Source: an uncultured Lachnospiraceae bacterium (GTDB lineage Bacteria > Bacillota > Clostridia > Lachnospirales > Lachnospiraceae). From it: a stretch of 64,000 bases of DNA. The first letter of the stretch is position 1, and every line of letters begins with the position of its first letter. Shown in pieces: positions 1-9,429 of the stretch. Below the pieces are notes generated by a model. It searched no databases, was not told where the DNA came from, and saw only the letters and a program-made list of their open reading frames with translations. A program made the translations under genes and the position numbers. The DNA is taken from assembly GCA_905234595.1 (NCBI GenBank), contig CAJOID010000005.1, positions 4,856 to 68,855 of the forward strand. Reading direction: 5' to 3'.

Positions 1-2
1 GA

Positions 3-407
3 CGTGTTGAAGCCGTGAGTTATCGTGACGGCCGGGAAGTGAGCCGCGATGTATTGGTAACGGCGGGGGCTCCTGCTCAGATCAGGATAACAGCGGAGAA
101 AACGGAAATGTGCGCCGACGGACATGATTTGATCTATGCAGGCGTAGAGATTCTGGATTCTGCGGGTATCATCAACCCGGTTGAAAATGTAACGCTGACT
201 GCAAAAATATCAGGACCGGCATATCTGGCCGGATTCGGTTCCGGCAACCCTGTTACCGATGAAAAGTATAGCGATGATACTACCGTTACTTACCGGGGTA
301 AAGCAACTGCGATCATCCGGGCGGTATATGAGTCCGGGAGTATTAAACTGACGGTTAGCGCTGACGGGTTTGAAACCGTTGAGGTTAATCTGAATGCAAG
401 GTCTTAA
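3..407 (+). CDS. C-terminal part of a GH2-family glycoside hydrolase (beta-galactosidase-like), truncated by the window edge
   Basis: Frame is open from the window start; typical GH2 C-terminal Ig-like motifs (ADGHDLIY, LAGFGSGNP, YRGKATAIIR, IKLTVSADG). Confidence 0.75.
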   Translation, partial: RVEAVSYRDGREVSRDVLVTAGAPAQIRITAEKTEMCADGHDLIYAGVEILDSAGIINPVENVTLTAKISGPAYLAGFGSGNPVTDEKYSDDTTVTYRGKATAIIRAVYESGSIKLTVSADGFETVEVNLNARS

Positions 408-420
408 GACGGAGGAGTAT

Positions 421-1329
421 ATGAGAAAGTACACTATCATAGGTACGGGAGGAACCGGTGGAGCCATAGGTTCGTATCTGGCTAAAGCCGGCAAGGATGT
501 CACCTTCATAGCCAGAGGGAATAATCTGAATGCAATGATGGAAAAGGGCCTGAGGGTGATCAGGCCGGCTGATGAGTTTGTGATCGATCCGGTGAAAGCA
601 ACTACACTGGAAGAGTATCAGGGAAAGGCGGACGTCATATTCGTCTGTGTAAAAGGATATTCATTGGAGGCCATCATCCCCGGACTCCGGCGGATATCAG
701 ACAGCAAGACCATCATAATACCGATCTTGAATATATTCGGCACGGGAGGGGACATGCAGAAACATTTCCCTGACACACTTGTTACAGACGGATGTATATA
801 TGTGGCAGCGCAGATCAAAGAACCTGGCTGCATACAGATGAACGGGGATATTCTGAGAGTGATCTTCGGAGTTCGTGATAAGTCGGATTACAGGGAAGAA
901 CTAAAGGAAATAGAGACTGACCTGAGGGAGAGTGGTATAGAAGGAACCCTGTCTGATAATATAGCCAGAGACGCCCTGCTCAAATTCTCATATGTGTCTC
1001 CGCAGGGAGCATGCGGACTGTATTACGGTGTGTCAGCCGGTGAGATCCAGAAGCCCGGAGAGATAAGAGAATGCTTTGCAGGGCTTATCCGTGAGATAGA
1101 TACTCTTGCCAAAGCTATGGATATCCATTTCGAAGAAGATATAGTCAGGAGAAATCTGGCTATTCTGGATAGCCTGTCTCCATCTGCGACAACTTCTCTT
1201 CAAAGAGACGTGGCAGCGGGTAAAGATTCTGAAATCGACGGGCTTATTTATGAAGTAGTGAGACTGGCGGACAGATACGGGGTAGATGTACCCATATACC
1301 GTAAGATTGCTGCGACTCTTAGCAAGTGA
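421..1329 (+). CDS. panE: 2-dehydropantoate 2-reductase (ketopantoate reductase family)
   Basis: IIGTGGTGG Rossmann motif, VCVKGY, TSLQRD..GKDSEID; GGAGGAG RBS before ATG 421. Confidence 0.85.
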   Translation: MRKYTIIGTGGTGGAIGSYLAKAGKDVTFIARGNNLNAMMEKGLRVIRPADEFVIDPVKATTLEEYQGKADVIFVCVKGYSLEAIIPGLRRISDSKTIIIPILNIFGTGGDMQKHFPDTLVTDGCIYVAAQIKEPGCIQMNGDILRVIFGVRDKSDYREELKEIETDLRESGIEGTLSDNIARDALLKFSYVSPQGACGLYYGVSAGEIQKPGEIRECFAGLIREIDTLAKAMDIHFEEDIVRRNLAILDSLSPSATTSLQRDVAAGKDSEIDGLIYEVVRLADRYGVDVPIYRKIAATLSK

Positions 1330-2129
1330 AAACATACGAACTTAAATACTCAAATACCAATACATATCTGATCGCCGGGGAAAAAGGGATTCTTTTGTTT
1401 GATACCGGGTGGTCGGGTACTTTTCCGGCCTTTTGCAGATGTATGGGTGAACTTGAGATCCCGGTGCAGGATATCAGCTATATATTGATATCACACTTTC
1501 ATCCGGATCATATGGGGATAGCACAGGAGATAGCGGATCTCGGTCCGCGTATAGTCGTTATGGATGTTCAGCAGGCGTACATACATGCAGCTGACTGCGT
1601 GTTTGAAAAGGAGGCCGGCAGCGGATTCAAACCGGTCGATGATACAGGAGTAACGATACTACGAGTCGGGGACAGCAGAGAATTCTTAGCAAAGATCGGA
1701 ATCGACGGAGAGATCTTTCATACTCCGGGACACAGTGATGACAGTATTTCCCTGTGGACAGACAGTGGCGAACTGTTTGTAGGAGATTTGAATCCGCTGT
1801 ATGAGCTGGAACTCCATAAAGGAACACGGATTGAGGAATCCTGGAACAAACTGCTTGGATTAGGTCCTGCTACTATCTATTACGGCCATGCCAAAAAAGC
1901 GGAACTTGATGCCGGCGTTGAGGCTGCATCCCGGGTTGATACAAATGACCGATATGAGCTGGTATCAAAGATAATGCGAATGATCGATAAAGGCGTGAGT
2001 CAGGACCGGATACAGAAAAAGACCGGCGCAGACAGGAACTTCATAGAGGATGTCACGAGAATGTATCTTACTCATCAGAATGTGGGAGTACAGGGCATTT
2101 TGGACAGAATAGAGATCAAGGGAAAATAA
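1326..2129 (+). CDS. MBL-fold metallo-hydrolase with a C-terminal helical extension
   Basis: SHFHPDHMG (HxHxDH), TPGHSDD, VGD, YGH motifs; GTG start overlaps the upstream stop. Confidence 0.85.
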   Translation: MKTYELKYSNTNTYLIAGEKGILLFDTGWSGTFPAFCRCMGELEIPVQDISYILISHFHPDHMGIAQEIADLGPRIVVMDVQQAYIHAADCVFEKEAGSGFKPVDDTGVTILRVGDSREFLAKIGIDGEIFHTPGHSDDSISLWTDSGELFVGDLNPLYELELHKGTRIEESWNKLLGLGPATIYYGHAKKAELDAGVEAASRVDTNDRYELVSKIMRMIDKGVSQDRIQKKTGADRNFIEDVTRMYLTHQNVGVQGILDRIEIKGK

Positions 2130-2140
2130 GGAGGGACATT

Positions 2141-2617
2141 ATGGCAGCCAAGAACCGTGGACAGTTGATCAAGGAGGCGCGTACCGCAACCGGACTTACG
2201 CAGGAACAGCTAGCAAAAAAGGTCAAGGGGTTAACGGCCTCGGATATCAGTAAAGTCGAACGAAACCAGCTCGATATCACAAACGAACAGGTCAAAGCGA
2301 TCGCCAAGGCGACCGGAGTAACACAGAAGTCGCTTCTTGAGGCTCCTGTTCCCAGGAAAGCATCCGGAAAACCTGCTTCATCAAAACCTTCATCCGGAAA
2401 GAAGACCGGTACGTCATCTGCAGGAACGACCGTAAAGGTGACGGCCGCAGAGAAGAAACTCCTGCAATTATATCGTGCGGCAGATGAGGATTCAAAGAAG
2501 GCCGCCCTGGCAATTCTTAAGAAAGATAAAAAAGATGAGGTTGGAGGCATACTCGGATCACTTATAAATAATCCTGATATCAAGGATGCATTATCGGGTT
2601 TACAGTCACTTCTGTAG
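2141..2617 (+). CDS. XRE-family helix-turn-helix protein
   Basis: IKEAR..GLTQEQLAKKV..SDISKVER HTH_3 pattern; K/S-rich linker; GAGGG RBS. Confidence 0.8.
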   Translation: MAAKNRGQLIKEARTATGLTQEQLAKKVKGLTASDISKVERNQLDITNEQVKAIAKATGVTQKSLLEAPVPRKASGKPASSKPSSGKKTGTSSAGTTVKVTAAEKKLLQLYRAADEDSKKAALAILKKDKKDEVGGILGSLINNPDIKDALSGLQSLL

Positions 2618-2626
2618 TTTAAATAC

Positions 2627-2655
2627 TTGATTCCGAGGCGTTTTATGAATAAAAT
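2627..2655 (+). promoter_or_regulatory. Putative sigma-A promoter
   Basis: TTGATT-N17-TAAAAT in the intergenic region. Confidence 0.45.
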
Positions 2656-2680
2656 ATAATTGTGTTTATGCTTACGCACA

Positions 2681-2728
2681 TACGGAAGCTTCCCACCGCT
2701 TGTTGGATGGGGGGCTTCTGTAATTTAT
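2681..2728 (+). terminator. Strong hairpin (terminator or attenuator candidate)
   Basis: TACGGAAGCTTCCCA pairs with TGGGGGGCTTCTGTA using G-U pairs, followed by ATTTAT. Confidence 0.5.
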
Positions 2729-2784
2729 GGGCCCGGTTGAGAAACAGGGTAACGGATATGGAAAGTAACCTGGAGGATTTGAGA

Positions 2785-4641
2785 ATGCAGAGTAAAGCAG
2801 AGATAAAACTGACAAAAGATGAATATGCGGGGTTCTATTCATGTGGATTGACCATGCAGGGCAGTTCCACCATGAACCGTTTCTCAACGGTCGATGAAAG
2901 TGAAGAAATGATAACCATGTCGACGGATGATGGTATAACTTTGACTTCAAGAACATTCAGGAGTCCCTACAGTGATGCTTTTGAAGTGCATACAGACATA
3001 ATCAATGGTTCTGATGATACAGTTACGATGGAGATGATGACGTCGTTTCTTTTCCCTGATATCAAGGCGGACAGGGTTCATCGCATCCTGTCATTCTGGA
3101 GTGCCGAGGGAAGATTGCTGACTACGGATCTGACAGAGATCAACATGGAACATTCGTGGAATCAGATGGCTTACAGAGTTGAGAAGTTCGGCAATGTCGG
3201 TTCCATGCCTGTGCGCAAATACTTTCCTTTTGTGGCACTGGAAGACACAGAGAACCATTCATTCTTTGCTGTTCAGTTGTATTCACCGGCTTCTTGGCAG
3301 ATCGAACTGATAGTCAGGACAGATGCCGGAGTGACCGTGGCCGGCGGAATCGCAGACAGAGACTTCGGCCAGTGGACTAAGAGCCTGAGGCCCGGAGAAA
3401 GATTTGAAGCTCCTATGGCAGTGGCGGCAATCGGAGATTCCCTGGAGGATGTCTGTGACAAACTGGTTAAAGCTCAGCATCCCGATATCAGTCCCGTAGA
3501 TGATCATATGGGCATCACGTTCAACGAATACTGTACTACCTGGGGTAATCCTACGATCGATAACATGAAGAGACTTGCGGATAAGATCGCAGATAAAGGA
3601 ATACAGTATCTGGTCATGGATTCGGGATGGTTCTCCGACTGCGGAAACTGGTGGGAGTACAGAGGTGACTGGAGCGTGAATAAAAAGCGTTTTCCGGGAG
3701 GGTTAAAGGAACTGACCGATTACATCAAAGCCCGGGGTATGATCCCGGGAATCTGGTTTGAATTTGAACTTGTTTCGCCCAAGTCAGGTCTGTTTGAAGA
3801 CGCGGATCATATGGTAAAAAAGGACGGTGCTCCACTCACAGTCGGAGGAGCCCGGTTCTGGGATATGGAAGATGATCATGTCAAAGCATATCTAAAGGAG
3901 AACGTGATCGACAGACTTAAGAACGATGGGTTCGGCTATATCAAGATCGATTATAACGATACGATGGGTATGGGCTGCGATGGCCCTGAAGGTCCCGGAG
4001 AGAATCTAAGAGAAAAGGTGCTTGGCACGCAGGAGTTCTTCAGAGAGCTTCGCCTTGAGATACCGGAGCTGGTAATAGAGAACTGTTCAAGCGGCGGTCA
4101 CAGGCTGGAGCCTTCATTTATGGCGCTTGCCAGCCAGGCCAGCTTTTCAGATGCGCATGAGATACCGGCACTTCCGATAATCGCGGCTAATCTGCACAGA
4201 GTGGTCAAACCCGAGCAGAGTCAGATATGGGCGGTGCTTCGCGCCGACGATCCCGATTCACGGATCTATTATTCCCTGTGTGCTACTTTTCTGGGGAGAA
4301 TGGGCTTATCCGGAGATGTCTATGACCTGAGTGACCATCAATGGGAGCTGGTAAGCAATGCGATCGCTTTCTACAAAGAGGCCGCACCGATCATAAAAGA
4401 CGGTAAGACGACGTATCTTGATAATGGAATATACAGATACAGTGATCCGGAAGGCGAGCAGCTCGTGATACGTGAACTGGGAGATAAGAAACTGCTGGTA
4501 TTCCATCGTTATAAAGATTCGGTGTCATTGGATGATTATCTTGCAGATAAAAATCCGGATCTGGATGGGTATAAGACGGTAAGTGCATACGGTACAGCCG
4601 ACTGCGATTTCTCAGCAGAAGCGAGGATCATGCAGCGGTAG
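2785..4641 (+). CDS. Alpha-galactosidase, GH36
   Basis: LVMDSGWF, RFPGGLK, GIWFEFE, YIKIDYN, IENCSSGGHR, SDAHE motifs; GGAGG RBS favours start 2785. Confidence 0.9.
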   Translation: MQSKAEIKLTKDEYAGFYSCGLTMQGSSTMNRFSTVDESEEMITMSTDDGITLTSRTFRSPYSDAFEVHTDIINGSDDTVTMEMMTSFLFPDIKADRVHRILSFWSAEGRLLTTDLTEINMEHSWNQMAYRVEKFGNVGSMPVRKYFPFVALEDTENHSFFAVQLYSPASWQIELIVRTDAGVTVAGGIADRDFGQWTKSLRPGERFEAPMAVAAIGDSLEDVCDKLVKAQHPDISPVDDHMGITFNEYCTTWGNPTIDNMKRLADKIADKGIQYLVMDSGWFSDCGNWWEYRGDWSVNKKRFPGGLKELTDYIKARGMIPGIWFEFELVSPKSGLFEDADHMVKKDGAPLTVGGARFWDMEDDHVKAYLKENVIDRLKNDGFGYIKIDYNDTMGMGCDGPEGPGENLREKVLGTQEFFRELRLEIPELVIENCSSGGHRLEPSFMALASQASFSDAHEIPALPIIAANLHRVVKPEQSQIWAVLRADDPDSRIYYSLCATFLGRMGLSGDVYDLSDHQWELVSNAIAFYKEAAPIIKDGKTTYLDNGIYRYSDPEGEQLVIRELGDKKLLVFHRYKDSVSLDDYLADKNPDLDGYKTVSAYGTADCDFSAEARIMQR

Positions 4642-5503
4642 TCTTCTCCGGGGAATTGACGGACTTGTACCACCTGATGACTGCGATGCCGATTATTATG
4701 ACATAACCGATGATGCTCAGGGGAACCGGGATTTCGTGAAGGAACAGGAAACCCCACAGTGCCGCGAAGATGACCTGTACGTAATCAAAGACGGAAAGCT
4801 TCTTTGCAGGTGCGTATCTGTAAGCCGTAGTGATGGCAAACTGTCCCATGGCTGCGGAAAGACCGGCAAGTATCAGTATCATCCACTGTCTGCCCGTCAT
4901 AGTGACATATCCCGCGATCATGAATGGCAGCGTGAGAAGGCAGGAGAACAAAGAAAAGCAGGTGACTATGATCGGGGTATGAGCCCCTTTTCTGCCTGCA
5001 CTTCTGACAAAAACATATGCTGTACCTGCCCCGAAACCGCCATACAGGCCGATCAGTGCAGGCACCAGGGCCATATTGGCTCCGGTAGGCCTGATAATGA
5101 ACAGGGCACCGATAAATGCGATAATGGTAGCCACAATGTCCGTTCTGGACGGTTTTTCCTTCAATACGGGGATGGATACCAGGATAGCAAAGAAGGGAGA
5201 GAGCTTGTTGAGCATGTTAGCATCTGCCAGATTCAGGTGGTCTATGGCATAGAAGTTGGCTATCAGCCCTGTAGTTCCAAACAGACATCGGAAGAAGATG
5301 TCAGATCTGTATTCCCTGGGGATCGAAAAGCGGTCACCTTTTATGATCAGCGTTACAACCGCAATGACCAGTGCAAAGGCATTTCGGAAGAATGCTTTCT
5401 GCATGGTCGGAAGCTCACCCGAAATTCTTACAAAAAAAGTCATGAGAGAGAATCCCATGGCAGCTATTATTATACAGATTATTCCTTTTGCCTGATCTTT
5501 CAT
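4628..5503 (-). CDS. EamA/DMT-family transporter
   Basis: About 10 TM helices in two repeats; FFR, LSPFFAIL..LKEK, AYRYAPA..SVFDY. Confidence 0.9.
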   Translation of the reverse strand: MKDQAKGIICIIIAAMGFSLMTFFVRISGELPTMQKAFFRNAFALVIAVVTLIIKGDRFSIPREYRSDIFFRCLFGTTGLIANFYAIDHLNLADANMLNKLSPFFAILVSIPVLKEKPSRTDIVATIIAFIGALFIIRPTGANMALVPALIGLYGGFGAGTAYVFVRSAGRKGAHTPIIVTCFSLFSCLLTLPFMIAGYVTMTGRQWMILILAGLSAAMGQFAITTAYRYAPAKKLSVFDYVQVIFAALWGFLFLHEIPVPLSIIGYVIIIGIAVIRWYKSVNSPEKTTAA

Positions 5504-5583
5504 GGTTTTCTGCAGATGGTATCCTGTTCTGTGTTTTGATATATTAAGTGTACAATGTTAAAAATGTGAGGAGAATAGTGATT

Positions 5584-5799
5584 ATGAATGAAAATGAACG
5601 CGATGAAAAGCTTGGAAAAGCTATTTTGTCGATTTCGCAGATCATATTTGCGATAGGGTTCATAGCGGTCGTATCTCTCATAGCGCTGGTCGTATTGTTG
5701 ATCCTGGGTAAACCGCTATGGATAGCACCAATCGTGGGCGTGGTCGTATATCTGGGATACCGGCTGGTACTGACCGCTATTCTCAGATTATTGGGATAG
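5584..5799 (+). CDS. Small two-TM membrane protein
   Basis: GAGGAG RBS; two hydrophobic helices. Confidence 0.65.
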   Translation: MNENERDEKLGKAILSISQIIFAIGFIAVVSLIALVVLLILGKPLWIAPIVGVVVYLGYRLVLTAILRLLG

Positions 5800-5856
5800 C
5801 CTCGCGGATCTGCCGGCGTTCTTTTCTCAGCACGAATAAAGAAATATGGAGACAAA

Positions 5857-6639
5857 ATGGCAGTAGAAGATGGTGTATGGATCATGCGCGGGCTGGATTG
5901 GAACAATCCGTATCGTATCCGCACATGGCAGGAACTGGTCAACTGGATAAATGAAGTAGGGTTTCTTCCCCTGTTTTCTAACGGAATAGAGGGGTTTTCC
6001 GCTGAAGAGCACGTATCCCCGGACTACTGGTGGACCGGGATCAGAGAAGAGGATCCCTGGGAGTGGCGTGAGATCATCGCGGCAAGTCACCAGGTGGCCT
6101 ATGGGAAGTTCTTTGACCAGAAGGCCGGATTCATAAGCCTGGAGTGGCTTCCGTATTTTGCCAATTACAGGCGGAACGGTTATGATTTCGATTCACGCTG
6201 GGAAGATGGACTGGCCGGCCGCAGAGAAAAGATCATCATGGATATGCTGACCGGACGCGATGATGACGGAGAGATGACTTTTCCCGATGACCAGATACTC
6301 TCCACAGAACTTAAGAAAAAGGCAGGATTCGGCAAGGGACGCGGAACAACCGGCGAATCCCTGAAAAATTTCCCCGGGATCACGACCGGCCTGCAGATGC
6401 AGACGTATCTGACCGTTGCGGATTTTCACAGGCGGGTAAACAAGCGGGGTGAAGAATATGGTATGGCCGTATCGGTTCTACTGCCACCTGAGGCCCTGTG
6501 GGGCTACGAAACAGTCACAGCCGCATATACGGAATCGCCGGCAGCAAGCTACGATCGTATCATAGGACGAATACGCGAGCAGTTCCCCGGCGCGGATGAT
6601 ACTGCTGTCTGCAAACTTATAGGAAAGCAGCCGGGATAA
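5857..6639 (+). CDS. AlkZ-related (winged-helix) conserved protein
   Basis: GFLPLF, DPWEWR, AYGKFF..KAGFIS, LQMQTYL pattern of a conserved clostridial family; function not established. Confidence 0.55.
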   Translation: MAVEDGVWIMRGLDWNNPYRIRTWQELVNWINEVGFLPLFSNGIEGFSAEEHVSPDYWWTGIREEDPWEWREIIAASHQVAYGKFFDQKAGFISLEWLPYFANYRRNGYDFDSRWEDGLAGRREKIIMDMLTGRDDDGEMTFPDDQILSTELKKKAGFGKGRGTTGESLKNFPGITTGLQMQTYLTVADFHRRVNKRGEEYGMAVSVLLPPEALWGYETVTAAYTESPAASYDRIIGRIREQFPGADDTAVCKLIGKQPG

Positions 6640-6676
6640 TGGTATCAATACATATTTTGAGTTAGGAGTACGATCA

Positions 6677-7552
6677 GTGAAGATCAGGCGAGTTTTGGGA
6701 GGAATCATAGCGTTGTCTGTTATTGGGTCGCTCATGAGCGGGTGTGGAATGATCGGAGGTACCGTTTCCGAAGAACTCGAGTCTCTTCAGGGACACTGGG
6801 TTGATGTCAATGGAGATACAACGCTGGATTTTAACGGAAACAAAATGACCGTAACATCACCCTGGAATAAGGAAACTTACAAAGTGAAGATTTCAGGGGC
6901 GGATGTAAAGTATATTGAAAATGATGATCCGAAAAACAGTTATGAAACCGGGTTTGGCATGATGAGCTCTGTCTCGATCGGATCTGACGGTATTCTGACG
7001 GCACAGGAGATGGTGCTGGATGCTGAAGGGCACCAGTTCCGTTTTGTGAGAGAGGAAGATCTGGATAAGGAACTTGAGATTCAGGTTAAGGATCGTGATC
7101 TGCCTAAAACGATCGAATCTGATGAGATCGTCAGTTTCAACCTGGTTTTCAGCAATGAGGACACTGTATATGATATCCCGGCGGATGAGCCCTGGTATGG
7201 AGGTTATTATTCTTTTGCGGTTGAGCGGACGGATGAAGGTGCCTATGAGATGTCGCTTCATGGATCGGGACCGAGTTACATTATCATGGACTATGAAGGA
7301 GCCGTTTCCGGGGAGTATGTAAAAGGCCTCGCAGAACTCATAAAAGAGCAGAAACTTGCCGAATATAACGGATGGTGGCGGACGAACACCGAACATTTTC
7401 ACGGCTGGTCAGTGAATATCGAATACGCTTCCGGAGAGAAGATCCTGATGGAAGCATCCGGACGCGCGGCTCTCGAATGTCCTTTCAGCATCTATGCTTT
7501 TCTTAAATACGCTGACCTTGAAGCCGGATACGTGGACGAAATGCGGCAATAA
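6677..7552 (+). CDS. Lipoprotein of unknown function
   Basis: Signal peptide with lipobox LMSG-C; acidic, beta-rich body; AGGAG RBS, GTG start. Confidence 0.7.
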   Translation: MKIRRVLGGIIALSVIGSLMSGCGMIGGTVSEELESLQGHWVDVNGDTTLDFNGNKMTVTSPWNKETYKVKISGADVKYIENDDPKNSYETGFGMMSSVSIGSDGILTAQEMVLDAEGHQFRFVREEDLDKELEIQVKDRDLPKTIESDEIVSFNLVFSNEDTVYDIPADEPWYGGYYSFAVERTDEGAYEMSLHGSGPSYIIMDYEGAVSGEYVKGLAELIKEQKLAEYNGWWRTNTEHFHGWSVNIEYASGEKILMEASGRAALECPFSIYAFLKYADLEAGYVDEMRQ

Positions 7553-7570
7553 TGCAATAAGTGGGAATAT

Positions 7571-7957
7571 ATGAAAATGAGATCAAGAATTCTGTTATCC
7601 GGTATCTGCATATGTCTGATGCTGTCATTATGCTCCTGTACGATCAAATCGGATCGTCCGATAAGCGATAAGGTGATAAATGAGCGTAAGGAAGCATACG
7701 AGAATTATCTGAAGGAAACATATCCGGATGAAAGCTTTACCGTTGAGGTCTGGCAGGAATACGGCACGGATATCGGTGGTGCCGGCCTGCCGGATTACGA
7801 GGGATATCTGATCAGACAGGTGATCACCGATTCCGGGGGAAACAGGTTTAAGATCCATGAATACTCCAAAGGAGAGTATTCCGATGACTATCAGAAGGTT
7901 CTGGATGGATGGATACGGTATGATGAAAAAGGCGAATTGATCCTTAACGCAGAGTGA
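7571..7957 (+). CDS. Small lipoprotein of unknown function
   Basis: Signal peptide with lipobox LCS-C. Confidence 0.65.
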   Translation: MKMRSRILLSGICICLMLSLCSCTIKSDRPISDKVINERKEAYENYLKETYPDESFTVEVWQEYGTDIGGAGLPDYEGYLIRQVITDSGGNRFKIHEYSKGEYSDDYQKVLDGWIRYDEKGELILNAE

Positions 7958-8001
7958 TAATATATAATGGAAAAGCGGAGGCAAAACAGGGAGAGGTTAA
8001 C

Positions 8002-9429
8002 ATGAGAAAAAGAGGATATGAGGTTTTACTGTTAATAACATACATTGCCATGGCTGCGGTTTTCGTATATCTGAACTTCTTTACGAAGGCTCAGTCGGGG
8101 GATCTGACGAATATCATCGTGAATCTGGTGATGTTTGTCCTGGTCGCCATGATCCTTTTTTCTGCCTGTGTAAAGGGCCTGCTTCCCACATCACGAATGA
8201 CGGCGGATCTGATCCAGGTCACGACCAGGATCGAGAATGACGCACGGAATTCCCACAGATTTCTTTGGGAAAAGTACAGGGAGGACAAGGAGGAACTCTT
8301 TACATCTAATATCCTCAGATGGCAGTATCAGGACTACCGGTTCGAACTGGAACGCATAATCCATACCGACAAGACCTATTACAAGTGTGATATCGAGGAC
8401 TATATCGGAATGGACCTGGTGGACAGTGTGATACACAGGGAACGCCTGAATCAGGTGGCGGGAGTTATGACGGGCCTTGGTATACTTGGCACCTTCATAG
8501 GTCTGTCACTGGGTCTTCAGAGTTTTAATACGGGCACCACAGCAGAGATAACTAACAGCATTGAGCCTTTGATGGAGGGTATTAAGGTTGCCTTCCATAC
8601 ATCCATATACGGCATGGTGTTTTCTCTTATATTTAACTATGTGTACAAGAAGCGGCTGGACGATGCGGAAAATGCGGTCAGGGATTTCTTAAGCGCATAC
8701 AGGAAATATGTTATGCCCGATACCGCAACAGATGGTTTTAACCGTCTGATGGAACTGCAGAGACAGCAGACAGATGCGATAGTCGGCATTTCAGATACTC
8801 TGGCGAATCAGCTTGCGAAGGGATTAAAGGAACTCCTGGAGCCGGAGTTTGACCGCTTCGACCGCACTATCGAGAGTTTTGCGACCATGGCTACGAGGAA
8901 TCAGATGAAGCAGCTTGCCAGGGTTGTCGATGCATTTCTTGAAGAGATGAACAGATCTCTTGGAGATTCTTTCACCAAACTCTCCGAAAAGGTTGATTCT
9001 ACAATGGTATTGCAGGAAGCTAATGAGAGACAGATGCAGGAATTCTATGAGAAGAGTATCGGTACTGCCGGAAACATGAGCACTGTCGCCGCGCAGACAC
9101 AGACTGTTGCGAATTCGCTGAAACAGTATGCCGATAATGTGGCAACTCTCGAACGGGATATCCGCGATACCCTGGGAAAACTGCAACAGCTCATCGAGTC
9201 TATACCCGTTGAAGTCAATGATACTTTCAATATCATCAATGACAATCTGCAGATCGTGGAGACTCATTTCAAAAATACGATCGAGGATATCAACAATACC
9301 GTGGTACGGGTTCCCGAAGCCGTGGACTACTCATACCGCGGCATAGAGCAGGCGCTTGACAGTGTGACCGCAGCTCTGGAGGAACTGAAGAATACGATAC
9401 GAAATGCGGAATCCGACGATAAATGGTGA
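8002..9429 (+). CDS. ZorA-like MotA/TolQ/ExbB proton-channel protein with a long C-terminal coiled-coil tail
   Basis: TGLGILGTFIGL and AFHTSIYG TM motifs, followed by ~260 aa of helical, heptad-like tail; GGAGAGG RBS at 8002. Confidence 0.75.
   Translation: MRKRGYEVLLLITYIAMAAVFVYLNFFTKAQSGDLTNIIVNLVMFVLVAMILFSACVKGLLPTSRMTADLIQVTTRIENDARNSHRFLWEKYREDKEELFTSNILRWQYQDYRFELERIIHTDKTYYKCDIEDYIGMDLVDSVIHRERLNQVAGVMTGLGILGTFIGLSLGLQSFNTGTTAEITNSIEPLMEGIKVAFHTSIYGMVFSLIFNYVYKKRLDDAENAVRDFLSAYRKYVMPDTATDGFNRLMELQRQQTDAIVGISDTLANQLAKGLKELLEPEFDRFDRTIESFATMATRNQMKQLARVVDAFLEEMNRSLGDSFTKLSEKVDSTMVLQEANERQMQEFYEKSIGTAGNMSTVAAQTQTVANSLKQYADNVATLERDIRDTLGKLQQLIESIPVEVNDTFNIINDNLQIVETHFKNTIEDINNTVVRVPEAVDYSYRGIEQALDSVTAALEELKNTIRNAESDDKW

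Noticed and set aside
4583-5539. 318-aa plus-strand ORF
   Set aside because: Antisense shadow of the EamA transporter; no RBS or recognisable motifs
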